This document shows positions 25,914 through 35,371 of a stretch of 64,000 bases of DNA, in pieces. The notes under the pieces are model-generated. The model was given only the letters and a program-made list of their open reading frames with translations. It was not told where the DNA came from and ran no database searches. Position 1 is the stretch's first letter. Each line of letters opens with the position of its first letter. Both the position numbers and the translations under genes were made by a program. Origin of the DNA: Vulcanimicrobiales bacterium (GTDB lineage: Bacteria > Vulcanimicrobiota > Vulcanimicrobiia > Vulcanimicrobiales > Vulcanimicrobiaceae); the NCBI GenBank assembly GCA_038215615.1, contig JBBQQR010000010.1:9629-73628 (forward strand). Direction: 5' to 3'.

Positions 25914-27212
25914 ATGAAAGCAAAAAGCCTCACGATATTCGCTATGGCCTTCACGCTGGCCGCATGCGGCGGCGGCGGTCAGCAGAAACGCGGACCGACC
26001 GCTTTGGACGTCGACGTCTCGCAAGCGCAGCGCCGTACGATTGCGACCTACATCACTTTGGACGGTCAAGTCTCGCCGTTGGAAGACTCGACGCTCTCGT
26101 TCCAGCAATCCGGGCCCGTTTCGGCGGTCTACGTGAATCAGGGCGATCGGGTAAGCGCCGGCGAGCTGCTAGCGCGGATCGATGATTCCACGCTGCGCGC
26201 ACAGCTCGCGCAAGACGAAGCGCTGATCTCGCAAGCGTCGGCGCGCGCGCAATCTTCAGCGATGAACGTGCCGATCGTTTCGTCGCAGACATCGGACGCA
26301 GCGCGTTCGGCAAAAGCCGCGCTCGACAACGCGCAGTTGACCTACAACCAAGATCAGCAGCTCTTTAAGCAGGGTTACGTTTCGCAGTCGCAACTCGTGC
26401 AGGCGCGTTCATCCTATATTTCCGCGCAGACGCAATATCAGTCGGCCGTCGCGAACCGGCAATCGACCGGCGTGTCGAGTTCCAACGCCGCGGCCGATCG
26501 CGCGGCGGTGCAATCGGCGCAGGCGCAAGCCAACACGCTGCAAACGATGATTGGCCAGACCGCGCTTTACGCGCCGTTCGACGGCGTCGTCACGGCTCGC
26601 ATGCTCGATCCGGGCGCGATGGCGAGTCCGGGAACTCCGGCACTGCGCGTGAGCAAGATCGATACGGTGTGGATTAACGTCAACGTTCCCGATGAAGATT
26701 TACCGTACGTCCATGCAGGCACGCCGGTAACGTTCACGACCGGTGCGGGCGGCCCGCGCTTTACCGCGCGCGTCAATGCGGTCAACGCCGTGCCGACACA
26801 AGGCACGCTGTCATATCAGGCTCGTATCCGCCAAGTGAATCCGGGTAACGCACTGCGCGGCGGAATGCTCGTCAGCGTGACCGTGCAGCAGGCGCGTCAC
26901 AACAATGCGATCGTCGTGCCGCGCCAAGCGGTGGCGCAATCGGATCGTGGAACTGCGGTGTTTGTGGTGGGCGCCGACAAGAAAGCAAAAGAAGTGCCCG
27001 TGCAAGTCGGCTTACAAACCGACACGCTGAGTGAAGTGCGCAGTCCGCTGGTTACGGCGGGAACGACGGTCGTTACGACGCGTCCCGACGCGCTGCAAGA
27101 CGGCAGCTTGGTGGCGTACGGTTCGACGGGTGCGGCCGGTCCGCAGCCGGGCGCCGCCGGAGGCGCAAAGCCGCCGGCAGGCGGACAGACTCACCGCAAG
27201 CGGACGCAGTAG
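25914..27212 (+). CDS. Efflux periplasmic adaptor (membrane fusion protein), lipoprotein
   Basis: Lipobox LAAC; V.V.QGDRV.AGELLARID, coiled coil, APFDGVV, LRGGM, VVPRQAV. Confidence 0.9.
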   Translation: MKAKSLTIFAMAFTLAACGGGGQQKRGPTALDVDVSQAQRRTIATYITLDGQVSPLEDSTLSFQQSGPVSAVYVNQGDRVSAGELLARIDDSTLRAQLAQDEALISQASARAQSSAMNVPIVSSQTSDAARSAKAALDNAQLTYNQDQQLFKQGYVSQSQLVQARSSYISAQTQYQSAVANRQSTGVSSSNAAADRAAVQSAQAQANTLQTMIGQTALYAPFDGVVTARMLDPGAMASPGTPALRVSKIDTVWINVNVPDEDLPYVHAGTPVTFTTGAGGPRFTARVNAVNAVPTQGTLSYQARIRQVNPGNALRGGMLVSVTVQQARHNNAIVVPRQAVAQSDRGTAVFVVGADKKAKEVPVQVGLQTDTLSEVRSPLVTAGTTVVTTRPDALQDGSLVAYGSTGAAGPQPGAAGGAKPPAGGQTHRKRTQ

Positions 27213-27215
27213 CCG

Positions 27216-28607
27216 ATGCACGCGGTTATTTTAGCGGCCGTCGTTCTGGCGACGCCGACGCCCATTCCCGCGGCCACATCGCAGGCGTTACCGTATCCCG
27301 CGTACGGCACGCCCGCTCCGGGCGCAGCCGTGCAACGGGCCCAGCCGGGCGTTCCGGTTTCGGTTACGCTCGCGCAGTCGATTGCCATCGCGGCCGCGCG
27401 TTCGCCGATCCTTGCGATCGCGCGATCCGATTACCGTTTGACACAGCTCTCCGTTGATCTGGCGCGCACCGGACTCTACCCGAATCTGGCCGGCACCGCT
27501 AGCGTCACGCGATCGTTCGGAGCGCGCGGCGGCAATTCGGGAGCGGTGGGCGGCGGATTCACGAGCGAAGGTCTCAACGCGACGCTTAAACAGTTTATTT
27601 TGGACGGCGGAAAAGTCATCAGCGAAATACGCCAAGCGCAATCCGGGCAATTGGCCGGCGCGGGGACCTATCAGCGTTCGCTGCAGACGCTCGCGTTCAA
27701 CGTTGCGCAGGCGTACTATAACGCACTGCAAGCGGAATCCACGACAACTCTCGCCGTGCAAGTCGTGCGCCAAAACCAAGTGCAAGAAAATCTCGTGACG
27801 GCGCAAGTGCGGGCGGGAACCGCGTCACGCGTCGATCTTGCTACGGCGCAGCTTCCGACAGCTCAGGCGCGCGTCGCACTCGTGCGCGCGCAAGGCAACC
27901 AGCTTTCCGCTTTGGCCGCGTTCGCGAATCAGCTCGGTCTGGACGCCAGCGCGCTGGTCCTGCCGGTCAACGATACGCCCGCAAATCCGGCCGCTTCGCT
28001 CCTGATGCAACAAAAGGGCGATTACGATCAAGCGGTCGCGCGCGCATTCCTGGAGCGGCCCGATTATTTGGCTGCACAATACACCGTGCAGGCGGCGGCA
28101 TATAATCTGCGCGCGCAGCGTGCGGGCCTGTTGCCGACGCTGACCGGCAATGCTGCGTACGGAACGAACTCGACGACTGCTACCGGAACGGATTTTCGCA
28201 CCGGCGGAAGCGCGGGCGTCACGCTGAGCATTCCTGTCTTCGATCAAGGCGTGACGCGCGTCCAAATCGCTCAGGCCCAAACACAGGCCGACATCGCCAA
28301 CAGCCAGCTGGACGAAAGCAAGCTCACCGTCGAGCTGAACGTGCGTCAAGCGCTCGTGGGACTCATCTCGGCAGAAGCCGCGGTCGGTCAGGCGCAGGCG
28401 GAGCTTTCAAAAGCAAGCGAAATCTTGCGCGCCACACAGGCGCAGTACCGCGCCGGCGTGACCACGTTGCCGCTTCTGTTAAATGCGCAGGTCGGGCTGA
28501 CGCAGGCCGAAACCGACGAACTCAACGCCGTCTACGCGTTGCGCCAGGCCGAACAGACGTATCTGTTCGCGCTGGGCGAGAATGACTTGGGCGCTTCGAC
28601 CTTGTAG
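27216..28607 (+). CDS. TolC-family outer membrane channel
   Basis: Two OEP repeats (YPNL...VAQAYYNAL; LPTL...LSIPVFDQG...QYRAGVTT). Confidence 0.88.
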   Translation: MHAVILAAVVLATPTPIPAATSQALPYPAYGTPAPGAAVQRAQPGVPVSVTLAQSIAIAAARSPILAIARSDYRLTQLSVDLARTGLYPNLAGTASVTRSFGARGGNSGAVGGGFTSEGLNATLKQFILDGGKVISEIRQAQSGQLAGAGTYQRSLQTLAFNVAQAYYNALQAESTTTLAVQVVRQNQVQENLVTAQVRAGTASRVDLATAQLPTAQARVALVRAQGNQLSALAAFANQLGLDASALVLPVNDTPANPAASLLMQQKGDYDQAVARAFLERPDYLAAQYTVQAAAYNLRAQRAGLLPTLTGNAAYGTNSTTATGTDFRTGGSAGVTLSIPVFDQGVTRVQIAQAQTQADIANSQLDESKLTVELNVRQALVGLISAEAAVGQAQAELSKASEILRATQAQYRAGVTTLPLLLNAQVGLTQAETDELNAVYALRQAEQTYLFALGENDLGASTL

Positions 28608-28616
28608 CTCGGGCGA

Positions 28617-29753
28617 ATGCCCCAAACGATCCCCGCAGCGGTTAGCGATCCGGTCAATGCCCAGGTTCTCGCTATCTCCGAAGATCGGCTCACCGGTTTT
28701 CAGGAAGATCCCTTTGGTGAGGTAGCCGCGCGCAGTGGCGTTCCCGTCGAAACGGTAATCGAGCGCGTTGGCGCCATGTTGCGCGCTGGAACGATCCGGC
28801 GCGTGCGGCAGACGCTGCTCGCGACGAGTCTGGCGCGAGGGGCACTCGTGGCTTGGCGTGTCGCTCCGGAAAAGCTCGACGCGGCTTTCGACTACATGTT
28901 TGTGAACGATCCGTTCTCCGGACACGTCGTCATCCGCACGGCAGATCCGGCGACTCCGGGGGCGTCGTATCGTTTGTGGACCACGCTCAAAGTTCCACAA
29001 GGGTATTCGCTGCGAAAGCATGCTGAGTTCTTGCAGCAAGAAGTCGGAGCCGATCACTTCCGGCTGATGCCCGCGAAGAAACTTTTTGCGCTGGGCGTCG
29101 GACATGTGCGCCGGCGCGGCATCGAGATCGGCAGCCGCGCGGGAGTTCCGGCCGAACCGATCGATACAACGATCGTCGAGCTGAGCGATCGCGAATGGCA
29201 CGTGCTGACGGCAATAAAGCGGGAATTTGCATCCGAGGAAATCGTCCGCGATCTCTGGCGCGCCCGGGCGTCGGAAGCGGGCTTGGATTTGGAAGAGTTT
29301 TACGAAGCCGGTCGCGCCTTGAACGCGCGCGGCGTCATCGGAAGGTTCTCAACTTTCCTGGAACACGTGAAGAAAACGGCCGGTGACGAACGCGTGACGC
29401 GTTATAACGCGCTTTTTCATTGGACCGTCCCAAAGGGGTGCGAACTCGACGCGGGCCGCGAAGTGGGGCGGCATCACATCGTCACGCACGCCTATTGGCG
29501 CGAAGGTGGCCGGGAGTTTCACGATGTCAACGTCATGGCGGTTGCGCATGGCTTGGACAAGGACGTCGTGCTTGCTCACAAGGCGGCCATCGATGCCCAC
29601 CTGCGGGAGGCCGGCATCGACTTCGGGTATACCAACGTCTTCTGGGGAGGACGAAGCGAAATCAAGCCGTCCGAGATATCGCCGCTTGCGTACCGCGAGT
29701 TCTGCAAAAAGCACGGACTCGATCCCGACACGATGAGAGAGGAGCCTGGATGA
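28617..29753 (+). CDS. Lrp/AsnC-like protein, probably a fused siroheme decarboxylase (AhbA/AhbB or NirDL/GH-like)
   Basis: Two tandem HTH+RAM-like units: PFGEVA...GTIRRV...ALVAWRV...GHVVIR...LWTT and GVIGRF...NALFHWTV...THAYWR...MAVAHG. Confidence 0.65.
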   Translation: MPQTIPAAVSDPVNAQVLAISEDRLTGFQEDPFGEVAARSGVPVETVIERVGAMLRAGTIRRVRQTLLATSLARGALVAWRVAPEKLDAAFDYMFVNDPFSGHVVIRTADPATPGASYRLWTTLKVPQGYSLRKHAEFLQQEVGADHFRLMPAKKLFALGVGHVRRRGIEIGSRAGVPAEPIDTTIVELSDREWHVLTAIKREFASEEIVRDLWRARASEAGLDLEEFYEAGRALNARGVIGRFSTFLEHVKKTAGDERVTRYNALFHWTVPKGCELDAGREVGRHHIVTHAYWREGGREFHDVNVMAVAHGLDKDVVLAHKAAIDAHLREAGIDFGYTNVFWGGRSEIKPSEISPLAYREFCKKHGLDPDTMREEPG

Positions 29754-31438
29754 AACGCATTCTCGCAGCCACGATTGCCGCGGTCTTTGTTCTCGCCGGA
29801 TGCAGCAAGACGGAGACGACCGGCAGCGGAACGGCGACGTCGTTTCCAAGTAACGGGGTCGCGCAAACGGTGAGCGGACCGGTGACGGGCCGAATCAACA
29901 CGTTTACGGTCCCGCACGTTCTGCGTTACACGACTGCCTCGGACATCTCATCGCTCAATCCTCATCTGGCGCAGCAGACCGAGGTCGGGCTGCTTTCGTC
30001 GCTGACGATGGCGTGGCTCGTTAAATGGGACGTCAACAACAATGCGGTTCCGGAACTCGCAACGGAAGTGCCGACGCCAGAGAACGGGGGCGTTAGCAAG
30101 AACGGATTGACGATCACGTATCACCTGCGCAAAGGCGTGAAATGGTCCGACGGCGTGCCGTTCAATGCGGACGATGTCGTTTTCTCAACCCAAGCCGTGC
30201 TGAACAAGGCAAACAACGAAGTCGGCCGCCTGGGCTGGGATCGGATAGTCAAGGTCGACGAACCCGATAAGTACACAGTCGTCTACCACCTAAGTAAACC
30301 TTACTCGCCGTTTGTCGAAACGTTTTTCTCGAGCGCCGGCGCCAACCCGTGCGTGCTTCCCAAGCATATTCTTGGTGGTCTTCCCAATATCAACACGGCT
30401 CCGTACAACTCGCTGCCGGTCGGCATCGGCCCCTTCAAATATCAGCGTTGGGACCGCGCATCTCGCGTCGTCATGGTTGCCAATCCGCTGTACTTCCGCG
30501 GAATGCCGAAATTACAAAAGATCGAGTTCGTGATCATTCCGGACCGTAACACCGCGTTGACGCAGATCCAAGCCAAGAGTATCGACATGTGGTATCCGGT
30601 GCCCGGAAATTATTTCGCGCGTGCGAAAGGCGCGGCCGGTTACACAATCGTTAGGCTGCCCGCTTATTATTTCAACCACCTTGATTTCAATACGTCGAGG
30701 CCGGGGCTGAGCGATCCCGTGGTCAGGCAAGCGCTCCGGTTCGCGATCGACCGTCAGACGCTGTACCACAAGGTCGCTCACAACATCGGGTATCTGCAGG
30801 AAGAACCCGCCTCGCACACGGCGCCGTACTGGGATCCGTCCATCCAACTGACGCCCTTCGACATTGCGCAGGCAAACGCGGTTCTCGACAAGGGCGGCTG
30901 GACGCGCGGCTCTGACGGTATTCGCGCCAAGAACGGGACGAAACTGGCGCTGCAAGTCGTGAGCTCGTCGGGAACGCCCGATACAAATCTGCAGATCGAA
31001 TTGATCCGCAGTTGGTGGAAAGAGATCGGCGTTTCGCTGTCACTAAAAGTCTATCCGGCGGAATTGCTCTTCGCTCCGATACAGAATGGCGGTATCGTCT
31101 ACGGAGGCAAGTGGGACGTGATCTTTTTCGCATGGGGTCTCGATCCGCTTGGCGACTTTTCAAGCATTTACGGGTGTGGTTCGATTCCGCCTAACGGTCA
31201 AAACGATCTCCGCTGGTGCAATAAAAAGGCCAATCAGGCCATGCTGTCACTCTACGGGCACTACGAGCAAGCGGATCGAAATAAAGACGACGCTAACGTC
31301 CAGGAAGCCCTCGCAGCAGACGTTCCGACCGTGGTTTTAACCGGCCGCGAAGACATCTTCGTCGTCAACAAAGACCTGCACAACTTCCAGCCCAACGCGG
31401 TCGCACCGTTCGATAACTTCATGAACGTCGACATTTAG
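29750..31438 (+). CDS. Peptide ABC transporter substrate-binding lipoprotein (family 5)
   Basis: Lipobox LAGC; PELATEVP, LRKGVKWSDGVPFNADDVVF, PVGIGPF; ATG 29750. Confidence 0.9.
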   Translation: MKRILAATIAAVFVLAGCSKTETTGSGTATSFPSNGVAQTVSGPVTGRINTFTVPHVLRYTTASDISSLNPHLAQQTEVGLLSSLTMAWLVKWDVNNNAVPELATEVPTPENGGVSKNGLTITYHLRKGVKWSDGVPFNADDVVFSTQAVLNKANNEVGRLGWDRIVKVDEPDKYTVVYHLSKPYSPFVETFFSSAGANPCVLPKHILGGLPNINTAPYNSLPVGIGPFKYQRWDRASRVVMVANPLYFRGMPKLQKIEFVIIPDRNTALTQIQAKSIDMWYPVPGNYFARAKGAAGYTIVRLPAYYFNHLDFNTSRPGLSDPVVRQALRFAIDRQTLYHKVAHNIGYLQEEPASHTAPYWDPSIQLTPFDIAQANAVLDKGGWTRGSDGIRAKNGTKLALQVVSSSGTPDTNLQIELIRSWWKEIGVSLSLKVYPAELLFAPIQNGGIVYGGKWDVIFFAWGLDPLGDFSSIYGCGSIPPNGQNDLRWCNKKANQAMLSLYGHYEQADRNKDDANVQEALAADVPTVVLTGREDIFVVNKDLHNFQPNAVAPFDNFMNVDI

Positions 31439-31439
31439 C

Positions 31440-33074
31440 GTGAACGCGGTCCGGGTTTGCGCGGCGCTCGTTTTGGGCGCCGCGCTCGCATCATGCGGCG
31501 GAAATACGGCCGGCAAAAACGCGAGCGGGCACCAGCGGCACGCCTGGACCATCCCCGGCACGTTCCGCTGGGCGGACGGCGAAGATATCGACAACCTCAA
31601 TCCGCTGCTTTCCACGGAGACGCTCGTCAACGACCTATCGTCTTTTACGATGGGCTATTTCTTTTTGTTCGACGACAAGGGCAACACGATACCGTCGCTC
31701 TGTTTGAAGGTTCCCACCAAAGCCAACGGGTTGATTTCTTCCGATGGAAAGTCGTTGACGTTTAATCTGCGTCACGGCGTGCTGTGGCACGACGGAAAAC
31801 CGTTCACCTCGGCCGATGTCGCGTTTACGGTCAAGACGATCCTCGATCCCCACACGAACGTACTGACGCGCGAAGGCTGGGATCTGATTACGCGCGTCGA
31901 TACGCCGGACGCCTACACGGCGATTTTCCGTTTGAAAAAACCGTACGCGGCGTTTATTAACCATTACTTCACGCCGGTCGGCAATCCGGCCATTCTTCCC
32001 AAGCACCTACTCGAGGGCGTAGATATCAACCGCAATCCGTATAACTCGCTGCCCGTCGGCCTGGGGCCGTTCCGGTATGTGCGGTGGGCTCGCGGAAACG
32101 ACGTGGTGATGGAAGCGTTTCCAAAGTGGTGGGGCGGTGCACCGAAACTCAAGCGCGTCATCTTCAAAATTATTCCGGATGCGAACTCGGTCTTCGTCGC
32201 GCTGCAGTCGCACGCGATCGACGCCTACATACGCGTGCCCAACTCCCAGTATCAATCCGTCGCCCGGACGGCCGCGACCCGAACCATCGCGCACGACGTC
32301 ACGACCTACGGGCACATCGACTTCAACCTGAAGAACCCCATGCTGGCGGATCCGCAAGTTCGCCAAGCGCTCGCGCGAGCGATTGACGTGCATCTGTTGT
32401 GGCAGAAGGTCGATCACCAAGCCGGCTACCTGGCGTGCACGCCGATTTCGCACATGAGTTGGGCCTACGATTCGAATGCGCCCTGCTATTCGTTCGATCT
32501 AAAAGCGGCCGCCTCGCAATTGGATCGCGACGGCTGGAGACTCGGATCGGATGGACTGCGTCACAAGAACGGCGCGACGCTGAACTTTGACTTTGCCGGA
32601 AACACCGGGAACCCGGGGCTCGACGCGCGCGTGCTTCTCATTCAGCAGTGGTTTAAAGCGGTCGGCGTGGGTCTCGATTACACGCGATACCCGACCAACC
32701 GTCTTTTCGCGTCGTATGCTGCGGGCGGAGTCGCTGCCACAAGGCATTACGATCTTGCTTCGTTCGCATGGACGGTCGCGCCCGATCCGGATCTCACAAA
32801 TCTCGTTGCATGCTCGCGCATCTCGCCGCTCGGACAAAACTACATGGCCTATTGCAACCGCGACGTCGACCGCGCATTACAAGACGCGCTGCTTCACTAC
32901 GAGCCGGGCCGCAGGCGTGCCGATTACATTTTGATGCAAGAGCTTATGGCGCGTGACGTTCCGTTCATCGTTCTGAGCCAGCGGACCGATCACGTAACGT
33001 TCAACGACGATTTTTCAGGCATCAACCCTGGACCGCAGCTGATGTTCTGGAATCCGCAGGAAATTTCGAACTGA
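31440..33074 (+). CDS. Peptide ABC transporter substrate-binding lipoprotein (family 5), paralogue
   Basis: Lipobox LASC; LRHGVLWHDGKPFTSADVAFT, PVGLGPF. Confidence 0.9.
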   Translation: MNAVRVCAALVLGAALASCGGNTAGKNASGHQRHAWTIPGTFRWADGEDIDNLNPLLSTETLVNDLSSFTMGYFFLFDDKGNTIPSLCLKVPTKANGLISSDGKSLTFNLRHGVLWHDGKPFTSADVAFTVKTILDPHTNVLTREGWDLITRVDTPDAYTAIFRLKKPYAAFINHYFTPVGNPAILPKHLLEGVDINRNPYNSLPVGLGPFRYVRWARGNDVVMEAFPKWWGGAPKLKRVIFKIIPDANSVFVALQSHAIDAYIRVPNSQYQSVARTAATRTIAHDVTTYGHIDFNLKNPMLADPQVRQALARAIDVHLLWQKVDHQAGYLACTPISHMSWAYDSNAPCYSFDLKAAASQLDRDGWRLGSDGLRHKNGATLNFDFAGNTGNPGLDARVLLIQQWFKAVGVGLDYTRYPTNRLFASYAAGGVAATRHYDLASFAWTVAPDPDLTNLVACSRISPLGQNYMAYCNRDVDRALQDALLHYEPGRRRADYILMQELMARDVPFIVLSQRTDHVTFNDDFSGINPGPQLMFWNPQEISN

Positions 33075-34428
33075 TCCACGCCGCGTAGGCGAGCAGCGCG
33101 CAGCCCGCAAGCGATGCGCAGCGCAGCAGCGACCAGAAGGCGTTGCGTGCGAAGAGACCCGTTGCAATTTGCTCCGCGTGCCAGACTGCTGCAGCGCCCA
33201 GCCCGGAAGCCTGCAGCGGTCCCATTGCGTCGGGCCACACGGGCATGACGTTGCCACGCGCAATGAAGCCGGCGGCAATGATAAGCAGGCACGCGATAGC
33301 CGGAGCGGCCAGCGCGCGGAAACCGAAGTCGCCGCGCAGCGCGAGCAGCGCCAGCGCAAATGCGATTGTCAGCAAGAACGTTTGAATCGTTGCTTGCGGG
33401 CTTTGCGCGAGCCCGACCCAGTTTACCGCGCAGAGCAGCGCGCCGGCCATAACGAGCGGAAGCGCAAAAGGCGGCACGCGCAAAATTAGTGCAACGGCCG
33501 GTACGAACATGATGACTAAATCATGCTGGTGAAAAAAAGCGGAGCCGAACGGCACGATCGAACACGTGATGACGAACAGCGTGAAACGGTCATCACATTT
33601 TACCATTGCGCGCAGCCAAAACAGCGTCGCTGCAATGGCGGTGAAGCCTCCGATTGCAATCGCCGTACCGGCCGAGGCGCCGAAGCCGTACGCGACGGCT
33701 GCGGGCGTGAGTTGTATCGCCGAGAATTGTTCGGCTGTTCCATGTGCGAGCAGCACCAGAGCGTACGCGAAGATGCCGTTCGCGCTGACACCCGCGCATA
33801 ACAGTCCGAACAGCGCGACGGCCGCGACTAGCGCGAGCGCCGCTTTCTTCCGGCGCATTTCTCCTGCGAGCGTCAATGCCAGGTTCGGCTGAGCGAAGGC
33901 GGCCGTTGCCGCCAGTACTTTCCCGCCGAAGTGGGTGGCAGCATAGGCGATAGCCACGGCAGCCGCGACGGGCAGCGCTATTTGTCCGAGCGCCAGAGCG
34001 TTGGTTAACGCTCCGAACCCAATCGCGGTAAGCGCGAGCGCCGTCACATTGAAGGCAGACCGCCGCATTCCACCCAGAGGTAATGCGATCCACAGCAGCG
34101 CGAAAATCGAGAGCGCGAGGACCGCGCGCCATACGTTTGCAGCCGTGGCGTAAGGAAGGCGGGCAAATGCGGACCAGAACGGCAACGTCGCCGGCGGTCC
34201 GACGAACGGCAGAAACTCGTATTGTTTGGTTGTGACGCCGGGGAGGGTTCGTTCGGTTTCCCAGATTCCCGTGCCGTATGGATCGCCGCCGCGCGTCCAC
34301 GCCGCACCCGCGGAATAGTATGCTTCGAAATCGCGCAACGACGGCCCGGCTGCGCGATGCGGGCGCGCAATCGTGAGCGCCCCGATCACCGCCAGCCCCG
34401 CAATTACCAGTGCGGCGCAGCGCGTTAT
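33022..34428 (-). CDS. GT87/DUF2029-like polytopic membrane glycosyltransferase
   Basis: RDFEAYYSAG...GGDPY, FVGPP, LALGQ, HQHD; many TMs; start uncertain (ATA 34428 inferred). Confidence 0.7.
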   Translation of the reverse strand: MTRCAALVIAGLAVIGALTIARPHRAAGPSLRDFEAYYSAGAAWTRGGDPYGTGIWETERTLPGVTTKQYEFLPFVGPPATLPFWSAFARLPYATAANVWRAVLALSIFALLWIALPLGGMRRSAFNVTALALTAIGFGALTNALALGQIALPVAAAVAIAYAATHFGGKVLAATAAFAQPNLALTLAGEMRRKKAALALVAAVALFGLLCAGVSANGIFAYALVLLAHGTAEQFSAIQLTPAAVAYGFGASAGTAIAIGGFTAIAATLFWLRAMVKCDDRFTLFVITCSIVPFGSAFFHQHDLVIMFVPAVALILRVPPFALPLVMAGALLCAVNWVGLAQSPQATIQTFLLTIAFALALLALRGDFGFRALAAPAIACLLIIAAGFIARGNVMPVWPDAMGPLQASGLGAAAVWHAEQIATGLFARNAFWSLLRCASLAGCALLAYAAWISSKFPADSRTSAAVQG

Positions 34429-35321
34429 GCGTGGGTCGATGGCATTCCCGCGCCGTGTGTGACCGTCATGAGATAGAAAAGCGCAAACAGTGTAGCGAGA
34501 TACCACGCTCCGACGCGAATTCTGCCCGCCGTCGTCATCGTCGCGAAACGCGGATCTTTATGGCCGCGCCAGCCCGCGATTGCGCTCGGCAGAGCGAGTG
34601 CGGCAAACAGGATGACGAAGAAGAGAGAAATATGAAGGGTGAGCGCGAGGCCCAGGAAGACCACGAACCCGACCACCCAAAGCACCGGAGAGAGCGCGCC
34701 CGCGATACGTCCGCCGTCGAACGGCATAACCGGAATCATGTTAAAAAGATTGAGGAACGCTCCGACGTAGGCGGCCATAAACCAAAACGGTTGATGGGTT
34801 TCCAAAGCAAACACGTAACACACGACTGCTACGCCTAAACCTGTGAGCGGCCCGGCGAGCGCGATATAAGCGTCGTGTTCGAGCGATTCGGGAACACCGC
34901 CCACGGTGTAGGCACCGATGAAGGGAATGAACATCGGCAAGCGCGCGGGCAATCCATAATTTCGGATCGTGAAGTAGTGCCCCAGCTCGTGCGCGAGAAT
35001 CATCAGCACGAAGACCAGCGCGAACTTCCAACCCCAGAAAATCCCGTAGAGCCAGATCGAGAGGAACATCGATCCGCCGAACTTCAAAATCAAAAACAGC
35101 GCTTTGAAATTAAACAGGACCAGCAGCAGCGATTTGAATTTCAGCAGGATAGCGCCGATGCCGAGGCCGGCGGCGCCGATGCCCTCGGCGGTTTTCTTGG
35201 CGCGCTCTTTCTTGGCGTCGGGCGGAACGTAATCCACGTCGTACGCGCGGTTTTCCGGCCGCTCCGCGCTAAATCCCGAGGCCCACGGATTTTTCGGCGG
35301 CTTTTTCCCTTCGTCGTCCAC
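34425..35321 (-). CDS. Site-2 protease (M50) family protein
   Basis: HELGH, IALAGP, NLFNMIPVMPFDGGR. Confidence 0.92.
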   Translation of the reverse strand: MDDEGKKPPKNPWASGFSAERPENRAYDVDYVPPDAKKERAKKTAEGIGAAGLGIGAILLKFKSLLLVLFNFKALFLILKFGGSMFLSIWLYGIFWGWKFALVFVLMILAHELGHYFTIRNYGLPARLPMFIPFIGAYTVGGVPESLEHDAYIALAGPLTGLGVAVVCYVFALETHQPFWFMAAYVGAFLNLFNMIPVMPFDGGRIAGALSPVLWVVGFVVFLGLALTLHISLFFVILFAALALPSAIAGWRGHKDPRFATMTTAGRIRVGAWYLATLFALFYLMTVTHGAGMPSTHA

Positions 35322-35371
35322 GGAGGCTCCTTCTACGATGACAACGCCGGTTCTTAGCGGAAGAGAACGGC

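Noticed and set aside
29420..29749. Long N-terminal extensions in the ORF track (29420, 45648, 46601, 12937, 19780, 20997, 60143)
   Set aside because: They overlap upstream genes in another frame; downstream starts with stop-start coupling, RBS or signal peptides fit better.
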